DNA of 64,000 nt from a bacterium. GTDB lineage: Bacteria > Patescibacteriota > UBA1384 > VFKW01. The stretch lies in NCBI GenBank assembly GCA_030647355.1, contig JAUSIS010000006.1, positions 90,221-154,220 on the forward strand, written 5' to 3'. Of this stretch, positions 19,337 to 29,000 are shown piece after piece. Position 1 is the first letter of the stretch, and every line of letters starts with the position of its first letter. The notes beneath the pieces were generated by a model. It was given only the letters and a program-made list of their open reading frames with translations, did not search any database and was not told the origin of the DNA. The position numbers and the translations under genes are program-made.

Positions 19337-19650
19337 AGCCCCACGTAATTTCTTGAAGCAAAACTAAATAGGTAGTAATGGGAAACGGGGAAACAAAAGG
19401 ATAATTCGATGTTTTGCATGGGAGCGTCTTATTTTGAGTCATAGTCCAGGTGTTTTTTCTTTCGACTCAAAAGTTTCCAGCTCGGGCTAAACCTCCTCTG
19501 GGGTTAAGGAAATAGATTCTGAGAAACAGCAGGGCAATGCTGTCAAGGCACAAAAGTGGTACTCTTGGGCTGAGTACGGAATATAAGATAATCAGAGAAA
19601 AGCAAATCTTATATGGTTGCCACATATAAGATTTCTTTTTTTATTTTTAT
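19337..19650 (+). ncRNA. Candidate small RNA (promoter-to-terminator unit between convergent genes); identity unknown
   Basis: -35 TTGACA at 19302-19307, then 17 nt, then -10 TAGCAT at 19325-19330. The ~310 nt that follow are ORF-free with several hairpins. The unit ends in a strong terminator (AUCUUAUAUG-guugcca-CAUAUAAGAU plus U-run, 19606-19650). An upstream copy AUAUAAGAU (19581-19589) offers an alternative pairing. Confidence 0.3.
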
Positions 19651-20174
19651 TAGTCTCTTTTGTGATGATTGATTTCTTCCCTAAGTAAAGATAATCCTTC
19701 AAGTAAGTCTTGGTAATCCATTACTTTAAGGCGTGTCCGCTCCCATTGGTCGTGCTTTCTTGTGTCAACTTGACCTTCAGTTGCTGCAAATTTCAGTTCA
19801 TCAGCTTCTCGCTGAGTCGCTTCGAGCGATTCTTGGGTTACTTCAATGTCTTTATTGATATCGTCAATGTATTCGGTTGGTGAAAGGTTATTGGAGGTTA
19901 AGTCATCGAAAATTTTTCTGACTGTCTCCTGATATTCAGCGGTGAGTTTGCCATACTCATCTTTAACCCTAGCTAACTCGTCGTCACATAGAGGTTCGGC
20001 TGTGTTGTAGGTTTGATTATGAATTCTAGTAAGCTGCCTTTTAGTCTTTAATAGATTGGAAGCGGGGTTGGGAGGTTTGAGATAGAAATTCTTATCTTTT
20101 TCAGTTGGTGTTGCTTGGTCGGGATTGGGCATTTGATCGAATAAATTCTTTAGTGAGTATTCATCTTCTGGCAT
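19650..20174 (-). CDS. Hypothetical coiled-coil protein
   Basis: Charged and heptad-rich; no domain recognised. Confidence 0.6.
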   Translation of the reverse strand: MPEDEYSLKNLFDQMPNPDQATPTEKDKNFYLKPPNPASNLLKTKRQLTRIHNQTYNTAEPLCDDELARVKDEYGKLTAEYQETVRKIFDDLTSNNLSPTEYIDDINKDIEVTQESLEATQREADELKFAATEGQVDTRKHDQWERTRLKVMDYQDLLEGLSLLREEINHHKRD

Positions 20175-20223
20175 AGTTCTCCTTTTTCTTTACTCTAGTG
20201 TTTGGGATGGAGAAAGGAACGTG

Positions 20224-20691
20224 TTATATGAGAGTTCGAATGTATTGGCCGATGATGAAGCCGACGATGATTACAACTAATCCGATGAGTAAATGCCCGA
20301 GAACCGATTGGGCTCTTTTTTCTTTCGGCGAGACAAAGTAGCTAAGCAGAGCTAATAACAGCATACCCCAAGTAATACTAGCGATCAGTGCCGGTGTTGT
20401 GGATAGAAATATCGCAGGTACTAAAAACGTAAGAGCGATAATTAGCTTAGTAAAGTAAGTACTAAAAGTGGCAGTCCAGATTTCCTTTTTATTGTGGGTG
20501 TCTTCTGATTCTTCAGAGATATGGATGCCGAGTGCATCGGAGAAGGCATCGGCAAAAGCGATGGTTAAGATTCCTCCAATAATCAGAGCTTGCGATGCGT
20601 TACTGGCAGTAAGACCAACAATCAAGCCGAGGGTTGTTATAACTCCAGAAGTTGTGCCAAAGCTGAAGCCGATTTTTGAAGAGTGATTCAT
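20224..20691 (-). CDS. VIT1/CCC1-family-like (DUF125) small membrane protein
   Basis: GTTSGVITTLGLIVG ... AFADAFSDALGIHISEES resembles the VIT-family GANDG/...AGALSMA.GEYVS blocks. It is shorter than typical family members. Confidence 0.45.
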   Translation of the reverse strand: MNHSSKIGFSFGTTSGVITTLGLIVGLTASNASQALIIGGILTIAFADAFSDALGIHISEESEDTHNKKEIWTATFSTYFTKLIIALTFLVPAIFLSTTPALIASITWGMLLLALLSYFVSPKEKRAQSVLGHLLIGLVVIIVGFIIGQYIRTLI

Positions 20692-20728
20692 AGTTTTTCT
20701 CTCCTTTTCTACGCTCTAGTATTTTTTA

Positions 20729-21118
20729 TTACTCTTCTTCTTTTCCTGCTTCGGCGGCTATGGCGTCTTCTTTGGTGGCGTGGATTGTGCCTTCGGGATG
20801 GTGAGCTGGAGAGTAAATAGTATAGAGTTTCATGGGATTTTCTGTATCGGTGTTTATTATGTCGTGCTCGGTGCCGGCAGAAATGACGACTGCCCAGCCA
20901 CTATCTATAACATACTCTTCCCCATCTAAAACGGCTTTGCCGGTGCCTTCTTCGATTCTGATGAATTGATCGTTATCGGGGTGAACTTCCATGCCAATAT
21001 TCTCCGAGGGCTTGAGACTCATTACTACCAATTGGCTATTCGGGGCAGTGAAGATTACTTTTCGAAAGTTATCGTTTGATTCGGAAAGCTCTTCGATATT
21101 TCCTACGAATCCATTCAT
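20729..21118 (-). CDS. Cupin-domain protein
   Basis: ...GMEVHPDNDQFIRIEEGTGKAVLDGEEYVIDSGWAVVISAGTEHDIIN is a two-His/Glu cupin_2-like barrel. Confidence 0.75.
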   Translation of the reverse strand: MNGFVGNIEELSESNDNFRKVIFTAPNSQLVVMSLKPSENIGMEVHPDNDQFIRIEEGTGKAVLDGEEYVIDSGWAVVISAGTEHDIINTDTENPMKLYTIYSPAHHPEGTIHATKEDAIAAEAGKEEE

Positions 21119-21274
21119 GTTTACCTCCGTTTACTTATGTATTTATTTTAAAGTAAATGACGCATTGAATCAATAGAACTAATGTAGACTCGATTTTATA
21201 AAGTCTGATAATTTTTGCATTAAATAGCGGGTGTTGGTGCCAATTTTAGTATCACCGATCTTAATATTATCAAT

Positions 21275-22014
21275 TTAAACCACTGGTACAATACCGCGTG
21301 TTGTTGATGATATAAATGCTTCGGTAGCTTCTTTTAATTCTATAAGATTCACAGGTCGCTCGGCGATTTTGAAATCTTGTGCCAGCTTTAATATTAAATT
21401 TCGCCTCGTGCCCTGAAGAATGTCTTTTTTGGGAGTTATTAATTCGTTACCTCGGAAAATAAAGAAATTGAAAGTTGTGCCTTCGAGAATTTTATCGTGC
21501 CAAGTATAAATAATGTCATAGGCATTTTTCTTTTTTATCAACTTTTGCGGCTTAGCATCGTAAGATAGTTAGTGGATTTTGCTTCTGGCTTTGTGCGTAA
21601 GTACTCGTGGGTGATTAGTTTGACGCCTTTTTGATAGATTTCTGGAGCATGGATGGGCAGTGAAGCGGCGGTGACGAAGAAGGTGGGGGTTTTGCTGTCG
21701 AAGTGTGTGCCGTCCGGGCTTTCGCCCCCGGAAAGAAAGAGTCGAATTCCAGCATCGGGAAGATTATTTTTTTGGATTAATTTTAATATTAAACTTTCGA
21801 TTTGGTGGTTGGTGAGAGGGATTCTCAGGTTTAATTTTTTTGCGGAATTGGCAAAGCGTTTGAGATGTTTGTCCAAGAGCAATGGTTTGCTGTTGTGGCT
21901 TCGCAGGAAATCAAAAACGGCGTAGCCGCGCAGCAAGCCGATATCATTAATTGATATTTGGGCATTATGAACGGGGATGATTTTGCCGTTTGAATAGCAG
22001 TATTGTGGTTTCAT
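21275..22014 (-). pseudogene. Class IV (branched-chain/D-amino-acid) aminotransferase split by a frameshift at an A6/T6 homopolymer
   Basis: The N-terminal fragment (21538..22014) ends ...KSTNYLTMLSRKS*. The C-terminal fragment (21275..21541) continues ...KKKNAYDIIYTWHDKILEGTTFNFFIF...TRGIVPV. Together they cover the full fold-type IV aminotransferase. The two frames overlap 4 nt at the run ttttttatca (21531-21540). Confidence 0.7.
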
Positions 22015-22065
22015 GTATTATATTTTAGCAAAATAATTCCCAGAATTAAATGGTTATAGAGAGAT

Positions 22066-23115
22066 TTAAATATTTGAAGTGCTATCGGCGGACAACTTAT
22101 TTGATGGTACTCTTTTAATGAAATGATCTAAGATGTCATCAAGGATCGGCAAGCTGGTGAGTGTGCCGTTAATAATGATTAGATAGGATAGTTTGTTAAA
22201 TTGGTTGAATATAATTAATAGTAGAATTACTACCATAATAAGAATAGTACCTGTAATTATCTTTATTTTATCTTCATCGACAGGATCTGCTATACACTGG
22301 CCAGTATACACAATGTCTGTTCGGAATTGTTTAATTGCTCGAATAGGATTGAAGTGACGACTAGGTACAAGTTGCCAAAGAAGGTTTAAGAAAGACAGTA
22401 TATTTGTCACCCTCAATGCAATAAATATATTGAATAAAAGATAAGAAGCGGCCATTCCATAAATGAAGAGTTCTTTGTATAAGTTATCTGGTCGGGCTAT
22501 TACATTGAAGTGATTATAAAGGCTGTAGCTTAAATATGAAAGGTATGCGATATTAGCTACCCAGAAAAATATTAGCAGTCTTTTAAGTAAGGCGGGAATC
22601 TGCTTTTGATAGAATCTTGAATAAATCCAAATTGTGCAAATGATGAAAAAAGCTATTATGTCTATTGCTAGTGTCGTCTTCGAGAGAATGGAAATTGTCA
22701 ATGATAATATAGCGAGCTGAAGGATGCTTGTTTTGCTTATATTAGATAGATAATATTGGTAAATAGAGACGGAAAGACCTACGGAAAATGCAAGCAAGAC
22801 GGCGCCAATGAAGTAATATTCTTCGAAGGCAAGGTAGCCTCTTGTATCTATAAAAGTTATTCCCAGGATGGCAGCGAGAAAAATTGCTATTGGATACCAC
22901 CAAGACAATTTTAAATCTTTAACTCCCGGGTTATTCCTCTTTACACTCCAAAAGAGGAGATAACTTGCGAGGAGAGATCCGGCTGCTAAATATATATACT
23001 CAATTCGTTGCTCAAATAATATACTGATTGCCATAGTGGTAGTTAGAAAAATTAGTATCCCTAGTAGCAGTTTGCCTATAAATGTAAAAATATTATTTAC
23101 TTTATTCATTTTCAT
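22066..23115 (-). CDS. Hypothetical polytopic membrane protein (about 10 TM)
   Basis: Continuous hydrophobic helices; no catalytic motif recognised. Confidence 0.65.
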   Translation of the reverse strand: MKMNKVNNIFTFIGKLLLGILIFLTTTMAISILFEQRIEYIYLAAGSLLASYLLFWSVKRNNPGVKDLKLSWWYPIAIFLAAILGITFIDTRGYLAFEEYYFIGAVLLAFSVGLSVSIYQYYLSNISKTSILQLAILSLTISILSKTTLAIDIIAFFIICTIWIYSRFYQKQIPALLKRLLIFFWVANIAYLSYLSYSLYNHFNVIARPDNLYKELFIYGMAASYLLFNIFIALRVTNILSFLNLLWQLVPSRHFNPIRAIKQFRTDIVYTGQCIADPVDEDKIKIITGTILIMVVILLLIIFNQFNKLSYLIIINGTLTSLPILDDILDHFIKRVPSNKLSADSTSNI

Positions 23116-23187
23116 ATTTATATTATACCACCCGAGAGGTGTCCTAGCAAATGCCGAGTTTTACCAGAAAATAATTTAATGAAATAA

Positions 23188-23208
23188 GGGCTGGCAGTGC
23201 CAGCCCTT
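23188..23208 (-). terminator. Terminator hairpin after the 23215..23682 gene
   Basis: gggctggcagtgccagccc is a perfect 8-bp GC stem. Confidence 0.6.
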
Positions 23209-23214
23209 ATGGGG

Positions 23215-23682
23215 TTAATCGATTGCCCAGATATTAACATAGGCTTCGATTATTAGTCGCATAGCGGCGATAGCGGAGTTGCGGGTGTGGAGGCAGAGAT
23301 TGGCAAGCCGAGCTTCAAATTCTTCATAGAACTCGGGCGAGTGCTCCCAGTCAATGTAACGTGCGAGCATGTTTCGCTGAAATTCTGTATCGCAGAGGCG
23401 GTCAAGATATGTATCGTACTGCGCCCACTCGACGGTCGGGATTCTGCCCCCATTTGCTGACCAGAGGGCTAGGGCAAACATGTTGACGACACGCAGGAAG
23501 CTGTCGTGTTCATATTGGCCGCCCGAGCCATCGCTAATCCCGCTTGCACCTATTGCGCATTCTTTTGCTAGGCCCATGAGCCAAGAGTGGAAACGGGGCG
23601 AAGTGCCCTTGATGAGATCGAGGGCATTGAGCCTGCTGTCTTTTGCGGTCTTGGTGTCTTTCTTGTCAATTTTAAGCGACAT
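23215..23682 (-). CDS. Hypothetical protein (GC-rich), controlled by GEMM-like leader copy 2
   Basis: ATG start with SD GGGAGGA upstream; no domain recognised. Confidence 0.6.
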   Translation of the reverse strand: MSLKIDKKDTKTAKDSRLNALDLIKGTSPRFHSWLMGLAKECAIGASGISDGSGGQYEHDSFLRVVNMFALALWSANGGRIPTVEWAQYDTYLDRLCDTEFQRNMLARYIDWEHSPEFYEEFEARLANLCLHTRNSAIAAMRLIIEAYVNIWAID

Positions 23683-23734
23683 GGGAATCCTCCCAATTTG
23701 GATTTGTCAAAAATCCTTAGCCGCAATCGGTTTT

Positions 23735-23963
23735 GAAACAAATACACCAACCGGAGCTGGTGTATTTGCGAGAACCATCCGGCAACCCGGCTGCCATCCA
23801 AGCTTTTTCAACGAAAGAGCTGGATTAGGCCCGTGGCTTTGCCCCGATGTCGGATTTTGTCCGGATCGGAGTCCCCTGAGGAACGTCATCGTCTTTCGAC
23901 GACTTTGCCTTTATCGGGTTTTTAATATAAGCGTATTTTAGCACAAAATATGGGATTTGTCAA
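23735..23963 (-). promoter_or_regulatory. GEMM (c-di-GMP-I)-like structured 5' leader, copy 2: promoter, conserved domain and intrinsic terminator
   Basis: On the minus strand the -35 TTGACA (23958-23963) is followed by 17 nt and TG-n-TAAAAT (23935-23940). The conserved domain is at 23779-23918. The terminator-like hairpin AAAUACACCAGCUCCGGUUGGUGUAUUU plus GUUUC is at 23735-23768. The SD and ATG of 23215..23682 follow. Confidence 0.5.
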
Positions 23964-24067
23964 TCCTCTATGTGATTTTATTTATGCGGGATGGTGGCAT
24001 GAAAAAAGCCCCCGAAGGGGCATGGTGAAATGTCGGATTACTACTTTACCTTAGGGATGCCTGAGGT

Positions 24068-24454
24068 CTAGGGATCCACTAGGACATCGGCCAGCGGTAT
24101 TAGTATGAAGCTGGCAACTAGCGTCACTGGGATCTGTGCCCAGAGACTGTGGGTGAGGGAGAGGGTTATCGCGATAGCGAAGAATGCCGAACAAGCAATA
24201 GTGGCGCAGATGGTTGGCGCCGGCTCGCCATCACGGAACCAACTCACTATCTTCAAGTTCTTGCAGTATTCGGGGTAGCAGGAGAGGCAGATAAGGATGA
24301 TCCAGACGATGCCCACGATGATACCCATAACCACTTCCGCCCAGAACCTGTGAAGGTTGAGGGCTTGGATTGTGCCAATGCATACGAGTGTGCCAATGGC
24401 GACGGTGGTCCAGAATGTCAAATCAGCAGCGAATTTCTGATCTCGGCTTTGCAC
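24068..24454 (-). CDS. Hypothetical small membrane protein (4 TM, GC-rich)
   Basis: Hydrophobic helices and a Cys-rich loop; no motif recognised. Confidence 0.55.
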   Translation of the reverse strand: MQSRDQKFAADLTFWTTVAIGTLVCIGTIQALNLHRFWAEVVMGIIVGIVWIILICLSCYPEYCKNLKIVSWFRDGEPAPTICATIACSAFFAIAITLSLTHSLWAQIPVTLVASFILIPLADVLVDP

Positions 24455-24554
24455 GTGAGTCCCCCTGTGAATTGAGATGGAAGTTGCAAATCTTTGCTTA
24501 GGGCAATAGTAATGTTATTTATTCTTTAGGTCAAGGTACGAGTTGGGTATTACA

Positions 24555-24586
24555 AAAGCGGCGCCTAGGTAGGCGCCGCTTTTGCT
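24555..24586 (-). terminator. Terminator after the Cys-rich protein gene
   Basis: aaagcggcgcctaggtaggcgccgcttt is a perfect stem. Confidence 0.6.
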
Positions 24587-24598
24587 TATTGGTTAGAT

Positions 24599-24808
24599 TT
24601 ATTCTTCCGGTTCTTCGGTTTCCTTTTCCTCTTCACTGTCATCGTTGGCTTCATCATCTGCTTCAGCTTTCGATTTACAGTCACATTCGCATTCTGCTGG
24701 ACATTCGCAGCAATGAATGCATTTAGTCGAGTCGCAGGTGCAGCGGGTTTTATCGTTTAAGGGCATTCCGCAATCACACCTGTCTTGGGTTTGATCTTCG
24801 TTTGGCAT
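24599..24808 (-). CDS. Small Cys-rich (14 Cys in 69 aa) metallothionein-like protein with an acidic C-terminal tail
   Basis: The sequence reads DRCDCGMPLNDKTRCTCDSTKCIHCCECPAECECDCKSK, with CxC/CC/CxC spacing, followed by DDEANDDSEEEKETEEPEE. The SD GGAGG precedes the start. Confidence 0.55.
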   Translation of the reverse strand: MPNEDQTQDRCDCGMPLNDKTRCTCDSTKCIHCCECPAECECDCKSKAEADDEANDDSEEEKETEEPEE

Positions 24809-24848
24809 ATTGCCTCCTATGTTATTATTATAACATTATTGTAAATAG

Positions 24849-26033
24849 TTAGTTTGTTTTTTCATCCTCAACGGCTGGTTTGTTAATTTGGTATTTAGCG
24901 AATACTTCCACGCCTCTTTTATCCTGAGCTCCACCGCATAGCTTTAGAGTGATAAACCCATTTTCGTCAACTTTTCCTCTGTCTACTAATTCTACGCTGC
25001 CAGGAAATAATACACTATGCAGAGTTTTTTTCTTAGGTGTGATTTTGCCTATTAAATCTTCTGCTGTGCCGATGATTTGTATGTTCTCAAGACTTCGTGT
25101 CTCACGGTTAAAAGTGGCGGCGAAAGCGTGATAGTCCATCTGGCCGTTCTCGATATCTTGTGCCACATGACCAACGATCACTACGCGACCGTCGGGTTCA
25201 GGTAAAATCTGAACATCATTAACTCCGAGCCATTCATGCTGAGGGTCGAAGTCTTCTTGTCCTCCGACCAGAGGGGCGCTGCTTAAAATTTCCGGACTGA
25301 ATTCGTCCATGGAATCAATTTCGATATAACCGATTCGTCCTTTGCCGAATTCGGTGGCGTATGGGCGGGTGAAGATGCCAATTTTGCCGTCTAGATATTG
25401 AATGAAACGGATATCTTTCATTTTTTCAGGACCTTTGGTAAAGGGTTCGGTGGCGGTTTCGTCTTTATTGTTTGATAGTTCTGTGAGATTTTTGTCGTAT
25501 TTATAAAAGACAGTCCAGTATTTATCGACCTTGGTGGGGTCTTCCTCGCTTGGCTCAACATGAACGCCTCCGATGTAATGGACATCTTGGCCGTTTTCAA
25601 CAATTTTGAAATGAAAAGGATCCTGAGTTTTGGGAATGAGGGGTGCGTCGGGGTCTATTTCCCATCTTCCAGTTTCTTTATTGTGGCGAAAAAACATGAT
25701 AGTGGAGTTTGTTTCGCTGTCTGTTGTCTCGATACGTCCCATTAATATTTCCCCTTCGGCGGTATCTATTAGTTCGAAGTTATATCCAATCACCTCAGCC
25801 ATCATTAGTTCACCGACTTTAATTTGCGCTAAACGACGGATATGGTCGCTGATTTCCCCTTCAACATTGGCGTCAAATTCGATTAATTGGAGGACAGGGT
25901 AGCCGTGTTTGGCACAAAAATTATCGTAGGCCTCTTTGAGATTTGTAACATTTGCAAGTTTAGCTTCCGTATCTTTTTCGGATGGCGGGTTGATCTCGCT
26001 TGTTGCTAATTCTTTTTCTAATTCGTCAGGCAT
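24849..26033 (-). CDS. Hypothetical protein; start overlaps the stop of the upstream helicase-nuclease gene by 8 nt
   Basis: 394 aa and beta-rich. My guess of a beta-propeller/glycosidase-like fold is unverified. Confidence 0.7.
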   Translation of the reverse strand: MPDELEKELATSEINPPSEKDTEAKLANVTNLKEAYDNFCAKHGYPVLQLIEFDANVEGEISDHIRRLAQIKVGELMMAEVIGYNFELIDTAEGEILMGRIETTDSETNSTIMFFRHNKETGRWEIDPDAPLIPKTQDPFHFKIVENGQDVHYIGGVHVEPSEEDPTKVDKYWTVFYKYDKNLTELSNNKDETATEPFTKGPEKMKDIRFIQYLDGKIGIFTRPYATEFGKGRIGYIEIDSMDEFSPEILSSAPLVGGQEDFDPQHEWLGVNDVQILPEPDGRVVIVGHVAQDIENGQMDYHAFAATFNRETRSLENIQIIGTAEDLIGKITPKKKTLHSVLFPGSVELVDRGKVDENGFITLKLCGGAQDKRGVEVFAKYQINKPAVEDEKTN

Positions 26034-29000
26034 TTTTTCCTCTTAGTTGTTCGTTTTGGTTGGTGTGGCAAATGGGATAGTAAGGACAATCCCCCTCTCG
26101 CTTTTTGCAAGTTTGGGAATTATGGGGAAAGTTTAGTTTTGTAATATTATTGTACACTTCTTTTACTATCTTTTTGAATTCGTCGTAGTCTTTTTGTTCA
26201 ACTGGTATGGTTACTTGTTTGAATTTTCCCTTTTCGGGTGCGACAAAATCGAATGCAATCTCCCCTATTTTCCATTGAAAAGAAGGATCAGACTCTGCAA
26301 GAAGCTTGTAAAAGTAGGCCTGATATAGGTATTTGGTGTCTTGCTCTTTTGTTTTGCCCATCAGAAAATTTAGTGATTTTGGAGCGGCGGTTTTGTAATC
26401 AACGATGCGGACTAGACCAGCATTTTTATCCATTAGTTCTATCTTGTCTATAATACCAGTAATCGGAATCTCGCCAAAATGAATGTTGCGGGATGAAAAA
26501 TTCATTTCGCAGGTAAGTGGTCTCCCCTGTTTTTTCCATATCGGGGTATAGAAATCGTAATAGCTGGATAAAATTTCAGCACCATTTTGTAGGGCTCGAG
26601 CTTGGTCTTTGTCGTCCCAAATTTCATATTGCAAGCTATCTTTTAACCATTTCAGAAGGTTTTCTTTGGGTGGCAACTCTAGTGTTTTGATGTAGTCACG
26701 GAAGAAATGTTCTAAAGCACGGTGTATAGCAGTGCCGTAACATTGGGAGAAGTCTTTGGCTTTAGGAACGCGTAGAATATTGTCGTACAAGAATTGTTGA
26801 GGACAGTCCAAGTAGGAGTTGAGTGCAGTTGGATTTAATTTGAAATCTTCAACTAGTTTTTTAAGAAAGTCATGCATGGCTTGGGTATACTCCCATTTCT
26901 TTGAGCCAAAGGTTAGCTTGAGGCGCTCGTCGAAACTTTTTTCGAATGGTTTAGTGTTAATTTTCTTGAGATATCTTTCCGGCAGTTCTCCAATGAATTT
27001 TGATGGGATAGTAAACATTTGGTTTTCCGCTTCGCCATAGGAAAGAGCATAAGTGATATAGATAGAACGCTTGGTGCGGGTGAGTGCGACATAAAAAAGG
27101 CGGCGCTCTTCTTCATCTCCTTCTTCGCTGGAGGTTCGGGTGATTTTTATTAAAGTTGACGGCAGCTTGATCAGCTCTTTTTTTGTTTTGTTGCCCCAGT
27201 GCTTATCGGTTGCTTTCATAATAAAAACATAGGAGAATTCAAGACCTTTGGCTTTGTGGGCTGTCATAAGGTTCACTCCTTCGTATTCGGCGGTTAGCTC
27301 GCGTTCTTTGATTGGTAGGTTGTTTTCTCGTAGGAGAGCAATATGTTCGAGGAAAGTTTTTAAATTTAAATTCTTTTGTTTGACGTTGAGCTGTTTGATG
27401 TATTCGAATAATGACTGCAGGCGGTTGAAGTGGCGAACATTGTCTTTGAGTGAAATAAGGTATTGCAGGTAGCCGGTTTTGTTGATGATAAATTCGAAGG
27501 AGGTGGCAAAATTATTGCTGTAAGCGAATTTCCGGCATTCAAGAAAATTGGAAACAAATTCTTTAATAGCTTCGGGTATTTCCAGTTCAAGATTGTATTT
27601 TTCTGGATGGGTTATGATGTTAAAAATTCCTGTTTTTTCTTTGCGGGATTTGATGATGACTTTCCAGATGTCTAATGGAGAAATGCCAAGAAATGGATAA
27701 TGCATAATTTCGACAAGCATCTCACTTTCCTGTCCGTTCAATTCGAGGGCTTGAATATATTTCAGGATTTTGCCAATTTCTGGGTCCTCGATGACGTTGT
27801 CGCCGATTTCTAGTTTATATGGGATATCCAATTTGGAGAGAAAATCGATTAATTCTTCGGCGTCACGGTGCTCTTTGTATAACACGGCAATTTCAGAAGG
27901 TGCCATCCCCTGCTTTATGAGTTTTTGAATCTCTTTGGCAATAAAAAAATTTTCAATTGAGCCATTGGAGAATCCGCCAAGATGAATGTCGCTCGTGATA
28001 TTTTTCAGCTGGCTTTTAAGGTTTTTAGAGATATTAAAATGATTGTAGATTTGATTTTGATTGTTTTTTATTAAGGCGCGGGAAGCATCGAGAATTTTCT
28101 GACCGGAGCGATAATTGTGTTCTAAAATCACAATCTTTGTATCGGGATATTTTTTGGTGAAAAAGAGAATGTTTTCCATCGAAGCGCCCTGAAAGCGGTA
28201 GATTGATTGTTCGTCATCTCCGACGGCGAAGATATTGGGAATTTCGTAAAAATTGCCAAGCAGTTCGATGATTTCATTTTGAGCAGAGTTAGTATCTTGG
28301 TATTCGTCTACTAATATATATTGGAATTTTTCTTGAAAATGCGCCAGCAGTTCGCTATCCTCGCGAAAAGCGTTGACGATAAATAGTATCATATCGGCGT
28401 AGTCGTACAGGCCCTTTTCGGTTATATATGCTTGGTATTTTTGGTATATTTTCCCAAGCTCGGCGTTTTTTTCTAGCTGGTCTTTTAGATCTCGATATTT
28501 TGATTTCATCCGCTCCCCTTCCTCCGGAAGAGGAGGGACGGCGCTAGCGCTTGTCTGTCTTGGCTTAGTTCTATGGTATAGATCCTCAATTTTATAAAAG
28601 GCATCCAGTTCGTTTTTAATGTGGTTTTCAAAATCTTTTGGCGAGATATCTTCCTGTTTTAAGGTATTGATGGCATGTCTGATGGAATTTTGATAATGAT
28701 ATGGTGATTTGAAGGGTTTAATTTTTGAGAAATTATTGTTAATAAGTATTTTTTGTATCAGTTGGATCTGTTCTAGGTCGGAGAGTTGGTTGAGTTGATT
28801 GGCGATCAGGAACTTTTCAGGAAATAATTCAATGATTTCATTGCAAAATTGATGGAAGGTATGGACGTGAACTTGGTAGGACGCAGGACCGATAATTTCC
28901 AGTAGACGCTGTTTCATGGCGTGGACACCGGAATTTGTGAAGGTGAGGCAGAGAATGTTCGAGGGATTGATTTGAGTTTGTCTTAAAATATTGGCGATTC

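Noticed and set aside
19337-19650. RNase P RNA (rnpB) assignment for the sRNA candidate
   Set aside because: Motifs resembling CR-I and AGGGCA are present, but I found no complementary P4 3' strand or ACAGAA-type CR-V. The unit is also shorter than typical RNase P RNA.
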